A stretch of DNA of 64,000 nucleotides from Candidatus Saliniplasma halalkaliphilum (lineage in GTDB: Archaea; Thermoplasmatota; Thermoplasmata; Halarchaeoplasmatales; Halarchaeoplasmataceae), in assembly GCA_019594235.1 (NCBI GenBank), contig JAFDTG010000001.1:5722-69721 (forward strand). Reading direction: 5' to 3'. The translations under genes and the position numbers were made by a program. Positions 18,577-28,571 of the stretch are shown one piece after another. The notes under the pieces are model-generated. The model was not told where the DNA came from. It did not search any database and saw nothing but the letters and a program-made list of their open reading frames with translations. The stretch's first letter is position 1. Each line of letters begins with the position of its first letter.

Positions 18577-20292
18577 ATGCCAAAAATTAAAAAATTATCA
18601 TCTCGAACTGTGAATCAAATAGCTGCAGGAGAAGTGATCGAACGACCAGCTTCCGTGGTTAAGGAACTTATAGAGAATTCTCTAGACGCTGGTGCTGATG
18701 AGATATATATCGAAGTTGAAAATGGTGGAAAGGACCGTATTCTTGTAAAGGATAACGGGACCGGGATGGCAAAAGAAGAAGTGAAACTAGCCTTCGAAAA
18801 ACATGCTACTAGTAAGATAAATGATATCGATGACCTCGATGATCTAAGCAGTTTAGGTTTTAGAGGAGAAGCTCTACCTAGCATAGCGGCCGTATCAAAA
18901 GTTAAAGCTGAAACCAAACAGAAAGATGATTTAGAAGGAGTTGAAATAATAATCCATGGTGATGAAATAAAAAGTATAGACACCGTTGGTTGTCCTGTTG
19001 GAACGACTATCGAAGTGAAAGATTTGTTTTACAATACACCTGCTCGACGGAAGTATCTTAACAAGACCAACACTGAATTGGCCCATGTTACAAGCATCGT
19101 TACAAGGAATGCACTATCTAAACCAGAAGTTCAGTTTACTTTGATCCATAATGGTAATGAGATCTTCTTCGTACCGAAGGCAAAGTCTAAATTACAAAAT
19201 ATAAAATCGATTTACGGCGTTGATATCGCCAAAAAGATGGTGCATGTAGATGAGAAAAATGATTATATTTCAATTGATGGTTTTCTTAGTAAACCTGAAA
19301 TTACAAGATCTAACAGAAAACATATCTATACTTACGTAAACGGTAGGTTCGTAGAAAACTCACTTTTAAAAGACAGTGTGATGGAGGGCTATAAAACACT
19401 GCTTCCAAGAAAACGTTACCCAATCACAGTGATCGATCTTTCAATTTCTGGGAACTATATCGATGTGAATGTACATCCTACGAAAACCAAAATAAGATTT
19501 CGGGATGAAAAAAAAGTTAAAGAAGAAATAAGCAATGTTGTAAAATCAACACTTTTAAAACACGATCTTGTACCGACTCCAGACAAGGAAGTAAAAAGAG
19601 AAGTATATGAACAAGAGCAAAAGCAAAAAGATTCAGAAGATATTTTACAATCTACCAGCTTTGGTAATTCACAAAGTACTTTGGACCTTGAGGAAGAAGT
19701 TGATGTTAAAGAATCTAAGTTACCAGAGATGAAGATATTAGGGATACTCAAAAACTCTTATATTTTAACGGAAACCCCTAAAGGATTTTCAATTATAGAT
19801 CAGCACGCAGCTCACGAGAGGATTAACTACGAGGGATTGAAAAATAAATATGATAAAAATATCAGTAGTCAGGACTTATTATCCCCAAAAACAATCGAAG
19901 TTAAACCAAGAGAGGCCGCGCTTATCAAAGCAAATAATGAACTTTTAGAAAAGCTCGGTTTCAAACTCGAATCTTTTGGAAAATCAACCTATAGGATAAG
20001 GGGTATACCAGTGGTATTAGGCGAGATGCAAGGCGAAGAGATATTCTACTCAGTTTTAGATGAATTATCCGATTTAAAAACCAGCAGTTTAGAAGAAAGA
20101 AAAGAAGAATTGATCAAATATATGGCCTGTAGATCTTCCGTTATGGCTGGTGATAACTTATCGCTTACGATAGCTAAAGAAATAATCCAGAAATTAGGTA
20201 ATACTGAGATACCATATACATGCCCTCATGGAAGACCGACAATAATCAATTATACGACCAAAGAACTAGACAAGATGTTTAAAAGAACTTGA
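18577..20292 (+). CDS. mutL: DNA mismatch repair endonuclease MutL
   Basis: IAAGEVIERP, GFRGEAL, DQHAAHER, CPHGRP. Confidence 0.97.
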   Translation: MPKIKKLSSRTVNQIAAGEVIERPASVVKELIENSLDAGADEIYIEVENGGKDRILVKDNGTGMAKEEVKLAFEKHATSKINDIDDLDDLSSLGFRGEALPSIAAVSKVKAETKQKDDLEGVEIIIHGDEIKSIDTVGCPVGTTIEVKDLFYNTPARRKYLNKTNTELAHVTSIVTRNALSKPEVQFTLIHNGNEIFFVPKAKSKLQNIKSIYGVDIAKKMVHVDEKNDYISIDGFLSKPEITRSNRKHIYTYVNGRFVENSLLKDSVMEGYKTLLPRKRYPITVIDLSISGNYIDVNVHPTKTKIRFRDEKKVKEEISNVVKSTLLKHDLVPTPDKEVKREVYEQEQKQKDSEDILQSTSFGNSQSTLDLEEEVDVKESKLPEMKILGILKNSYILTETPKGFSIIDQHAAHERINYEGLKNKYDKNISSQDLLSPKTIEVKPREAALIKANNELLEKLGFKLESFGKSTYRIRGIPVVLGEMQGEEIFYSVLDELSDLKTSSLEERKEELIKYMACRSSVMAGDNLSLTIAKEIIQKLGNTEIPYTCPHGRPTIINYTTKELDKMFKRT

Positions 20293-20397
20293 AGAGGAAC
20301 ATTTTAAAGAGCTATATGGATAGAAAGATTTATAAAATGCATACTAATATAGGAATCCCAGAAGTTAGTAGTTAGTAGTTCCTGATTTTACCAATAG

Positions 20398-20497
20398 AGC
20401 GGGGTAGGGTAGCTAGGAAAACCCGTCGGGCTCATATGGTGCATAATAAAGCACCTGAGGAACCCGGAGACCAGTGGTTCAAATCCACTCCCCGCTA
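20398..20497 (+). tRNA. initiator tRNA-Met(CAT) with a 25-nt intron at 37/38 (20437-20461)
   Basis: A1-U72 pair, GGG/CCC in anticodon stem, bulge-helix-bulge (CTCA/TGAG helix, TAT and GAA bulges). Confidence 0.93.
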
Positions 20498-20564
20498 TAA
20501 ATTTTCATAATAGATTTAGCTCTAATTCCAAAGTTATAAATATTTATTATTACTGAATTAATCG

Positions 20565-20999
20565 ATGAGAAAAGAAACTAAAGAGGAATATTTAGAAACT
20601 TTATACAAGTTGTATAAGGAGGGAAAAAAGGATAAAATTAAAACAGGTGAGATCGCTGAAAACCTTGATGTTTCACCTCCTACGGTAACAGAAGTACTTC
20701 CACTTTTAGAAGAAGAAGGTTATCTAGAATACATCCCCTATCATGGCGTAAAATTGACTGAAAAGGGGCACAATGAGGGAAAAAGAATAGTAAGAAGTCA
20801 TCGCGTGCTTGAAGTATTTCTCAAAAAGTATTTCACTTTAGATGAAGACGTATTACATGAAAAAGCTTGCCAAATGGAGCATATTTTCAACGAAGAAATG
20901 ATAGATATAATATGTGAGGAATTAGGTCAACCCAAGATATGTCCACACGGCAATGAAATCCCCGAGTGTGAAAAGGATTGCTGTCCTGCTGATAAATGA
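20565..20999 (+). CDS. DtxR/MntR family metal-dependent regulator
   Basis: EEYLE, HTH VSPPTV, HRVLE, ACQMEH, CPHGNEIP. Confidence 0.92.
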   Translation: MRKETKEEYLETLYKLYKEGKKDKIKTGEIAENLDVSPPTVTEVLPLLEEEGYLEYIPYHGVKLTEKGHNEGKRIVRSHRVLEVFLKKYFTLDEDVLHEKACQMEHIFNEEMIDIICEELGQPKICPHGNEIPECEKDCCPADK

Positions 21000-21072
21000 T
21001 CTTTTTTAATAACCAAAGTATGTACCTAGCGAGGGAAAACACACATATATTAACAATGACAATCAGGAAATT

Positions 21073-22734
21073 ATGTCAGTGGAAAGGTCAGAATTGATCC
21101 GGAAATACGCTTTGAAGAACGCAGTTAAATTCGATGGTGAAGCTACTGTTGGACCAGTTATGGGTAAAGTGATGGGAGAATCAGAGGAATGTAGAAAAGA
21201 TCCTGCCGGTACGAAAGAACTGGTTGAGCAAATTGTAGGAGAAGTAAATAAATTATCCCTTGATGAACAAACCAGTGAATTAAAAAATAAGATGCCCGAG
21301 TATTTTGAAGAAAAAGAAGAGGAAGAAATCGATAGATTACCAGAGATCGAAGGTGAAGATATCGTTATGAGGATGGCACCCTATCCAAGCGGTCCACTGC
21401 ATATAGGTAATTCACGTATGGTAATATTGAACGATGAGTATGTCAAAAGGAATGATGGAAAATTAGTTTTGTTTTATGATGATACCATTGGTTCTGAGAA
21501 GAAAAAACCACTCATTGAAGCTTTTGATTTGATTAAAGAAGGCTTGGAATGGTTGGGGGTAGAATGGCATGAAACTTATTATAAGTCTGAAAGGATGGAA
21601 ATTTATTACGAGTATGGTCAAAAAATAATCGAAATGGGAGATGCATATGTTTGTGAATGCAGTGCTAAAGGATTAAGAAAGAATCGTGAAAAGGGGATAG
21701 AGTGTGAACATAGATCTAGAAGTGTTGATGAAAATCTTGAAAAATGGGAAAAAATGCTTGATGGTGAGTTTGATGAAGGAGAAGTCACCGTTAGGCTGAA
21801 AACTGATATGCAATATCCTGATCCTGCTTTTAGGGATCGTGTTTTATTCAGAGTATCTAACCAAGAACATCCTAGGGTCGGCGATGAATACCATGTTTGG
21901 CCCTTACTAGAGTTTTCATGGGCTATCGACGACCATTTATTGGGTATGACTCACATTTTAAGAGGTAAAGATCTTGTTATGGAAGATAAGATGGAGGAAT
22001 ATATCTGGGATCTTTTTGGCTGGGAAAAGTGTGAGTTTTTACACTATGGAATGTTAAGATTAAGGAATGTAAGGTTAAGTAAGAGTGAGTTCCAGCAGCA
22101 GATAAAAGAAGGAAAACTTAGAGGTTGGGATGATCCTAGAACATGGTCTCTACAGTCCCTCAAAAGGAGAGGTATACAACCAGAGGCTATCAGAGACTTT
22201 ATTTTGGATTTTGGTATGTCAAAAACTGATATTGAAGTACCCGCCTCAAAATTATATGCCAAAAATAGAGAAATTATCGACGAAAAAGCTAATAGGTACT
22301 TTTTTGTAAAAGACCCAGTTGAGATCGAGTTAGTAGGGGACTTAGATATCGATGAAGCCGAGATACCTAGACATCCAGATTTTTCAGACCGTGGAAATAG
22401 AAAAATCAAGGTGGACAGAAAATTGTTCATATCCAAAAAAGATTGGAACGAGAACGAAGGGAAAGAAGTCCGGTTGAAAAACTTGTGTAATATAAAGCTT
22501 GAAGGCCATAAAGGATATGTTACAGATTTAGCAAATAAAGATATCTTAAAGATCCAGTGGCTTCCCGATGGAGAAAAATGTTCTGTTGAGAAACCTGATG
22601 GAAGTTATGACGAAGGTATCGTTGAAACAAACATAGAAGAGGTAGAATTGAATGATTTAGTTCAATTCGAAAGGTATGGATTCGTAAAAATTCTTGAGAA
22701 TTCTCAATGGAAAGTTTCATACGGGCATAGATAA
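21073..22734 (+). CDS. gltX: glutamyl-tRNA synthetase
   Basis: RMAPYPSGPLHIGN, THILRGKD, LSKS, GWDDPR, QFERYGF. Confidence 0.96.
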   Translation: MSVERSELIRKYALKNAVKFDGEATVGPVMGKVMGESEECRKDPAGTKELVEQIVGEVNKLSLDEQTSELKNKMPEYFEEKEEEEIDRLPEIEGEDIVMRMAPYPSGPLHIGNSRMVILNDEYVKRNDGKLVLFYDDTIGSEKKKPLIEAFDLIKEGLEWLGVEWHETYYKSERMEIYYEYGQKIIEMGDAYVCECSAKGLRKNREKGIECEHRSRSVDENLEKWEKMLDGEFDEGEVTVRLKTDMQYPDPAFRDRVLFRVSNQEHPRVGDEYHVWPLLEFSWAIDDHLLGMTHILRGKDLVMEDKMEEYIWDLFGWEKCEFLHYGMLRLRNVRLSKSEFQQQIKEGKLRGWDDPRTWSLQSLKRRGIQPEAIRDFILDFGMSKTDIEVPASKLYAKNREIIDEKANRYFFVKDPVEIELVGDLDIDEAEIPRHPDFSDRGNRKIKVDRKLFISKKDWNENEGKEVRLKNLCNIKLEGHKGYVTDLANKDILKIQWLPDGEKCSVEKPDGSYDEGIVETNIEEVELNDLVQFERYGFVKILENSQWKVSYGHR

Positions 22735-22777
22735 AGTTTGGGAAAATAATTAAAATAATAAAATACATGACATAAGT

Positions 22778-22966
22778 ATGGAACCACATACCCACTGTCA
22801 AATATGTAGTAAACCTGTACCTTTAGATGAAAAATTTTGTTCAGAAAAATGCAGGGAAGAATACAATGAATTTATCGAAAAGAGGAAGAAGAAAACTTAC
22901 ATATTTTACGTACTTCTTGCAGGACTCTTGATATTGATATTTTTACAGTTATCTGGAATTTGGTAA
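22778..22966 (+). CDS. DUF2116-family Zn-ribbon membrane protein
   Basis: PHTHCQICSKPVP...FCSEKC plus C-terminal TM. Confidence 0.85.
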   Translation: MEPHTHCQICSKPVPLDEKFCSEKCREEYNEFIEKRKKKTYIFYVLLAGLLILIFLQLSGIW

Positions 22967-22967
22967 A

Positions 22968-23870
22968 ATGCCTAAAAAAGTAGTTTTGGGAGGTACCTTC
23001 GACCATGTCCATATGGGCCATGTAAAACTCATCGAGAAGGCATTCGAAGAAGGTGATGTTACCATCGGTTTAGTTTCAGATGAGATGCTGAAAGAGTGGA
23101 AACCACAAGTAGAAAGATCATATGAAAAGAGAAAAAAGAATCTAGAAAACTTCCTAGCAAGTAAGGAAAACTGGGAAATCGTTAAGATATCTGATCCTTA
23201 CAGTAAAGCTGTGGAAGGAGATTTTGATACGCTTGTTGTCTCTTCTGAAACTAAGGAACGTGGAGAAGAAATCAACAGAAAGAGAGAAAAGATAGGAAAA
23301 CAACCTTTAGAGATAATTGAGGTTAAACCAGTGGTAGCTGAGGATTTTTTACCTATAAGTTCAACGAGAATAAGGAATGATGAAATAGATGAATATGGAG
23401 ATAGATTAACACCTGTCAAAGTCAATGTGGAGTGCACCGATACAGAAGAATTTGAAGCTGTAAAGGATTTGATGTCAGACTTCTTCGAATGTGATCTAAA
23501 TAGAAGAAGTGTAAATTTCAGTGAAGATGATCTAGAAGTTCCGGACGGATTCGATTATGTAATAAATCTAGCTATAGAAAGCGAAAATCTTGAAGGTGAA
23601 CAGTTATTTGTAGAGAAAGCGGTCATCAAAGACAAACTAGGTTTTACATCACACGGTCATAGTCCTGAGTTAAGAATACCGGATAAATGGATCCGATCTA
23701 AAAATAAATTAGATCTGTTCAATTCTTTAAAAGTGGTAGGGGAAGAATTAGAAAATGATTTTGACCCAGTAGGGATGATAACAGGAGAAGCAACGGATAC
23801 TAAAGGGTACATAAAATCAGCGATAGTCGATGCTCTATTACCAAGGATGAGAGGTGATTTATATTCATGA
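22968..23870 (+). CDS. coaD: archaeal phosphopantetheine adenylyltransferase with a degenerate YjjX-like C-terminal domain
   Basis: GGTFDHVHMGH, VVSSET, ISSTRIR. Confidence 0.85.
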   Translation: MPKKVVLGGTFDHVHMGHVKLIEKAFEEGDVTIGLVSDEMLKEWKPQVERSYEKRKKNLENFLASKENWEIVKISDPYSKAVEGDFDTLVVSSETKERGEEINRKREKIGKQPLEIIEVKPVVAEDFLPISSTRIRNDEIDEYGDRLTPVKVNVECTDTEEFEAVKDLMSDFFECDLNRRSVNFSEDDLEVPDGFDYVINLAIESENLEGEQLFVEKAVIKDKLGFTSHGHSPELRIPDKWIRSKNKLDLFNSLKVVGEELENDFDPVGMITGEATDTKGYIKSAIVDALLPRMRGDLYS

Positions 23871-23950
23871 TTTTCGGTTGAAATGGGGAAATCTTTAATA
23901 ACAACCTTTAAATAAGTTCAAATATTGAGTTCGCTGGAGTGTAATACATT

Positions 23951-24403
23951 ATGGTAACAGTATACGACGTCCCTCCAAATAAATTAGTCGAAGATGTAAG
24001 CGAGAAAATGAAGGATATGGATAACATAAAGAGTCCTAGTTGGGCACAATATGTTAAGACAGGTATCCATAAAGAGAAAGCACCCTTAGACGAAGAGTGG
24101 TGGTATAAACGGGTTTCCGCGATACTAAGGAGTGTTTACACACAAGGACCTGTGGGTATATCCAAGCTTAGAGGAAAATATGGAGGGAAACAAGAAAGAG
24201 GGGCCAAACCTAGTAGAGTAGCTAAAGGATCCGGTTCAATTGTTAGAACTGCCCTTAAACAACTTGAAGATGAAGGATTAGTAAAGAAAGAAAAGAAAGG
24301 TAGATCTATCACACCTGAAGGACAGGCTTTATTAGATAATACCGCTTATGAGATATTGAAAAAGATGGCTGAAGATGATCCCGAACTGACAAAATATCTC
24401 TGA
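23951..24403 (+). CDS. rps19e: 30S ribosomal protein S19e
   Basis: TVYDVP, VKTG.HKE, WWYKR, GSGSIVR. Confidence 0.97.
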   Translation: MVTVYDVPPNKLVEDVSEKMKDMDNIKSPSWAQYVKTGIHKEKAPLDEEWWYKRVSAILRSVYTQGPVGISKLRGKYGGKQERGAKPSRVAKGSGSIVRTALKQLEDEGLVKKEKKGRSITPEGQALLDNTAYEILKKMAEDDPELTKYL

Positions 24404-24416
24404 AGGTAAGGTATTT

Positions 24417-24746
24417 ATGGATGAAGATGAGTTAGAAAGGATTAAAAAACAAAAACTTCAACAACTTAAAGAGCAAAAAGAAGCCGAAGAAGAACAAGAA
24501 GGATCAGAAGAACAATTCGAGGCTCAGAAAAAAGCTATACTCAGACAATTGATGACCCCTGAAGCAAGAGAAAGATTAGGACGAGTTAGGGTTGCAAGAC
24601 CTGAGATAGCGGAAAATATAGAATCACAGATAATAATGCTGGCCCAGCGAGGGGCTATCCAGGGTAAAATCACGGATAAAACTTTAAAAGAACTGTTAAA
24701 AAAGATAACAGGTAAAAAAAAGGATATCAATATTAAAAGGAGATAA
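24417..24746 (+). CDS. PDCD5-like DNA-binding protein
   Basis: ILRQLMTPEARERL; conserved position after rps19e. Confidence 0.93.
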   Translation: MDEDELERIKKQKLQQLKEQKEAEEEQEGSEEQFEAQKKAILRQLMTPEARERLGRVRVARPEIAENIESQIIMLAQRGAIQGKITDKTLKELLKKITGKKKDINIKRR

Positions 24747-24749
24747 ATC

Positions 24750-24905
24750 ATGTCAAGCAATAAACCAGGACCGAAAAAAAGAAGATTGCTGAAAAGAGGT
24801 AAAGAAAACAAACGTGTGCCTGCATGGGTAATGCAGAGAACTAACAGACGGTTCACTCGTCATCCAAAGAGAAGAAACTGGCGTCGAGATGACTTAGACG
24901 AGTAA
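24750..24905 (+). CDS. rpl39e: 50S ribosomal protein L39e (not in ORF track)
   Basis: [51 protein letters not shown]. Confidence 0.96.
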   Translation: MSSNKPGPKKRRLLKRGKENKRVPAWVMQRTNRRFTRHPKRRNWRRDDLDE

Positions 24906-24928
24906 ATCGATTTGAATCAGGTGAGGAT

Positions 24929-25195
24929 ATGGTAGACCAAGAAGAGAGAATAATTAATATTCCATTAAACGAAGTAAAAAATTCACCAGCTAGTAAACGA
25001 GCATCTTTAGCGATGAAAATCGTTAGAGAGTTTGTTTCTAAACATATGAATGTCCCATCAGAGGACGTTTGGATAGACTCTACTACTAACGAAGAGATTT
25101 GGCAAAGGGGAGTAAAGAAACCGCCTTCGAAAATAAAAGTACGAGCGATTAAATTCGAGGATGGTATAGTAGAGGTTTCAATACCGAGAGAGTAA
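24929..25195 (+). CDS. rpl31e: 50S ribosomal protein L31e
   Basis: ERIINIPL, NEEIWQRG..KPPSKIKV. Confidence 0.95.
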   Translation: MVDQEERIINIPLNEVKNSPASKRASLAMKIVREFVSKHMNVPSEDVWIDSTTNEEIWQRGVKKPPSKIKVRAIKFEDGIVEVSIPRE

Positions 25196-25198
25196 TCT

Positions 25199-25849
25199 AT
25201 GCTAAAAAAACATGCCATCGATCAAAAACCGTACATAGGTGTTTTTACCGTTGCTACAGAAGAAATATCTATTATTCCTTTAGTCGATAAAGACCCCTTC
25301 GAGGAAGCTATGGAAACTCCTGTGGTAAGAACAACAGTAGGAGGAACAAGGGTATTAGGGGCTTTGATGGTTGCAAATTCTAATGGAATACTGGTTTCTG
25401 ATATTGCAGAAAGTAGGGAGATAGATCCTTTGTTAGATTATGCTGATGTAACGTTAGTACCTGACAGGTTCAATGCTCTTGGAAACAATATTTTAATAAA
25501 CGATTATGGTGCCTTGATACACCCAGACCTTCATAATAAAACCGAGAAAGCGATTAAATCTTTCTTAAACGTTCCAGTTAAACGAGGGAGAATAGCTGGC
25601 ATAGAGATTGTCGGCTCAGTAGCAGTTGCCACAAACAAAGGGATCCTTTGTCATCCTCATGTAAAAGATGATGAAAAAGAAATGATGGAAGACCTTTTCG
25701 AAGTTCCTGTTATGAAGACAACTGCAAACCATGGTTCCGCCTGGATAGGGACTTGTTTAGTTGCAAACACAAAAGGTGCTGTAATAGGGGATAGAACGAC
25801 GCCTATAGAAATGGGAAGGATAGAAGAAGGATTGGGTTATTTGGATTGA
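25199..25849 (+). CDS. eif6: translation initiation factor aIF6
   Basis: IGVF, NSNG, GNNILINDYGALIHP, TTPIE. Confidence 0.94.
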   Translation: MLKKHAIDQKPYIGVFTVATEEISIIPLVDKDPFEEAMETPVVRTTVGGTRVLGALMVANSNGILVSDIAESREIDPLLDYADVTLVPDRFNALGNNILINDYGALIHPDLHNKTEKAIKSFLNVPVKRGRIAGIEIVGSVAVATNKGILCHPHVKDDEKEMMEDLFEVPVMKTTANHGSAWIGTCLVANTKGAVIGDRTTPIEMGRIEEGLGYLD

Positions 25850-25851
25850 TT

Positions 25852-26490
25852 TTATAGAGAGAAAACCCAAACTTCAGTTTCGTTAGGTAAATCTGTTTTT
25901 AAGAAGTCTAATTCGACACCCACTTTGTGAGTCTTTTCTTCTGGATATAAATCTAAGAAGGGTTGTACTCCCTTTATATCCAAAGAAAGTCCGCCGACTT
26001 TAAAATGCATAGGTATTGCAATACTAGGTGTGATTTTTTCAATAATTTTAGCTGCCTCTTCGGGACCTATAGTGAAAGTTCCTCCAATAGGAATGAAAAG
26101 AAAATCAACAGGTTTAATTTTTTCTATTATTTCATCATCCAAATCATGACCTAGATCCCCGAGATGGCAGAATTTTATTCCACCTGTTTCAAATTTGAAT
26201 ATTATATTTTCCCCTCTCTTTTGACCACTTTCCTCGTCATGATAAGTTTTAAAACCTTTTATCTTTATTTTTCCTTTTTCATATTCTCCAGGTTTATCTA
26301 TGACTTGGGTATCACTCTTATCAACAAGTCTGACAGCGTTATGGTCAAAATGATCATGACTTACAGTAACAATATCACCTTTGACATTCGGTTCTCTAAT
26401 GCCTATGTTCCTCCCATCATGAGGGTCGGTTACGACCACTGAATCGTTCTCTATTTCGAAACACGAATGTCCATGCCATCTTATCCTCAT
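25852..26490 (-). CDS. MBL-fold metallo-hydrolase
   Basis: GHSCF, SHDHFDH, HLGD, IPMH. Confidence 0.92.
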   Translation of the reverse strand: MRIRWHGHSCFEIENDSVVVTDPHDGRNIGIREPNVKGDIVTVSHDHFDHNAVRLVDKSDTQVIDKPGEYEKGKIKIKGFKTYHDEESGQKRGENIIFKFETGGIKFCHLGDLGHDLDDEIIEKIKPVDFLFIPIGGTFTIGPEEAAKIIEKITPSIAIPMHFKVGGLSLDIKGVQPFLDLYPEEKTHKVGVELDFLKTDLPNETEVWVFSL

Positions 26491-26619
26491 TATAACTCCT
26501 CCTTTTCACCAATGAAAAAAGATGAATTTAAGATTTATGCTTATTACAAAAGTACAATATAAGTTTCATGAAATTCTCATGTAAAAAAATATAAACCCAA
26601 AGGATGAGTTTTCATACCC

Positions 26620-28539
26620 ATGAAAGAAGAGATGGAGTCCCTAGAAATCTCAGCAGCTGTTAAGGAGTTAAAAAGTTTGATAGGAGGATATATGCAGAAA
26701 ATATACCGACCTAACAAAAAAGAGTTGCTTTTCAGGATACACGTTCCTGGTGTTGGCAAAAAAATGTTGATATTCCGGATCGGTAAAGCACTTTATTTAA
26801 CAGATAAAGATAGGGATAATCCAATGCATCCCGGTGACTTCATCATGCTTATTCGTAAGTATATAAGCAATGCTAGTATCTCAGATATTTATCAACATGA
26901 ATTCGATAGAGTAGTTGTAATGGAATTGAGAAAAAGAAGAAAATTTAGATTGGTTTTTGAGGTGTTCGGTAAGGGAAATCTTATACTCGATGGTGAAGAT
27001 AGAATTCTACTTCCCTATCGGTCAGAATCTTGGAGTCATAGAGAATTGAAAAAAGGTGAACTCTATAAATTCCCTCCTAGACGTATTAACCCACTAAATA
27101 TCTCTAGAGAAGAATTCATTCAGATATTAGAAGACTCTGATAAAGACCTTGTACGGACTTTAGCGGTCGACCTGAATATTGGAGGAAAATATTCCGAAGA
27201 AATATGTTCAAGGCTAAATGTAGACAAAAATTCTGAAGAGTTTTTAGAATATGCTGAAGACATATTGGATGTAATCGATGATTTGAAGAATCGAGTATTA
27301 GATGAAAGTAGATTGGATCCTAGATTAGTTAAAGATGACGATGAAATTAGCGATGGGGTTCCTTTTCCTTTATCTATATATGAACAGCACGAAGTCGAAG
27401 AGACAAATACATACAATGAAGCGCTGGACAAAGCCTTTCCAAAACCAGAAGAAAAAATCGAGGAAGAACAGAAAGAGGATTCAAGATTGGACAGGAAGCT
27501 GGAACAACAGAAAAGAGCTGTAAAAAATTTGAAAGAAAGTATAGTTGAAAACAAAAATATCGCAGAGATAATTTATCAAAATTATAAAGATTGTGAAGAA
27601 GCGTTGAGTATAGTACACAAAGCTAGGGATGAAGGAAATAGAGATGAAATATATGACGGATTAAGAGAAAAAGATGAGATAGTTCAAGTAAATGATAAGG
27701 ATGAATATATAATAATGCGTTTAAAGGGAATAGTTGACGACGAAAAAATAAAGGAAAATGTCAAAATAGATTTTAGAAAAGATGTCAACGAAAATGCTCA
27801 AAAGTACTATAATAAAAGTAAAAAATCCAAGAAAAAACTAGAAGGTGCAAAGAAGGCAGTAAAACAAACGGAAAAACAGATAAAAGAAGGAAAAGCAAAA
27901 AAGATTGAAAAGAAAACTATTAAGCCCACAGAAAAATTTTGGTTCGATAAGTACAAATGGTTCATTTCTAGTGAAAACAACTTAGTGATTGCTGGGAAGG
28001 ATGCAAAAACAAATGAAGAAGTCGTTAAAAAATACATGGAAAATAATTCTAGGTATTCCCATGCAGAAGCTGGGGGTGCTCCTAGTGTTGTGATCAAAAA
28101 TGATGATGGCATAGATGAGCCCTCATTAATAGAAGCATGTCAATACTCAATTATCCATTCCAAAGAATGGAATAGGGGGATCGCATCAGGTCGAGCTTAC
28201 TGGGTAAAACCCAACCAGGTGAGTAAAACTGCTGAGGCGGGGGAATCCCTTCCCACTGGAGCCTTTGTAATCAGGGGAAAAAGAAATTACATCGATAATT
28301 TACCCCTCGAAGCGATCTTGACCGAAATCGAGTATAAAGGTCATAGAAAGGTGATGTGCGCGCCAAGTTTACTGCTGAAAAATAAAGATGAGGAGTTCTC
28401 CGGTAAAAAAGTGAAATTCATACCCGGAAAAAAAGACCAAAACGAGTTTGCAAAGGAGATGTCAAAGTACTTCCAAGTACCCGTCAAAGAGATTCAAAAT
28501 ATATTACCTCCTGGCGGAGTAAAAATAATTGAAAAATAA
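26620..28539 (+). CDS. rqcH: ribosome quality-control factor Rqc2/NEMF (RqcH)
   Basis: FDR, ENAQKYY, WFDKYKWF, GKDA..NE, VSKTAEAGESLPTGAF. Confidence 0.92.
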   Translation: MKEEMESLEISAAVKELKSLIGGYMQKIYRPNKKELLFRIHVPGVGKKMLIFRIGKALYLTDKDRDNPMHPGDFIMLIRKYISNASISDIYQHEFDRVVVMELRKRRKFRLVFEVFGKGNLILDGEDRILLPYRSESWSHRELKKGELYKFPPRRINPLNISREEFIQILEDSDKDLVRTLAVDLNIGGKYSEEICSRLNVDKNSEEFLEYAEDILDVIDDLKNRVLDESRLDPRLVKDDDEISDGVPFPLSIYEQHEVEETNTYNEALDKAFPKPEEKIEEEQKEDSRLDRKLEQQKRAVKNLKESIVENKNIAEIIYQNYKDCEEALSIVHKARDEGNRDEIYDGLREKDEIVQVNDKDEYIIMRLKGIVDDEKIKENVKIDFRKDVNENAQKYYNKSKKSKKKLEGAKKAVKQTEKQIKEGKAKKIEKKTIKPTEKFWFDKYKWFISSENNLVIAGKDAKTNEEVVKKYMENNSRYSHAEAGGAPSVVIKNDDGIDEPSLIEACQYSIIHSKEWNRGIASGRAYWVKPNQVSKTAEAGESLPTGAFVIRGKRNYIDNLPLEAILTEIEYKGHRKVMCAPSLLLKNKDEEFSGKKVKFIPGKKDQNEFAKEMSKYFQVPVKEIQNILPPGGVKIIEK

Positions 28540-28571
28540 GAAAGAGTGGAAAGGAGTTCAAGTTTTTAAAG

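Noticed and set aside
24524..25218. Minus-strand ORFs over the ribosomal protein cluster, and similar S/F/I-rich antisense ORFs across the window
   Set aside because: Shadow frames of well-supported genes
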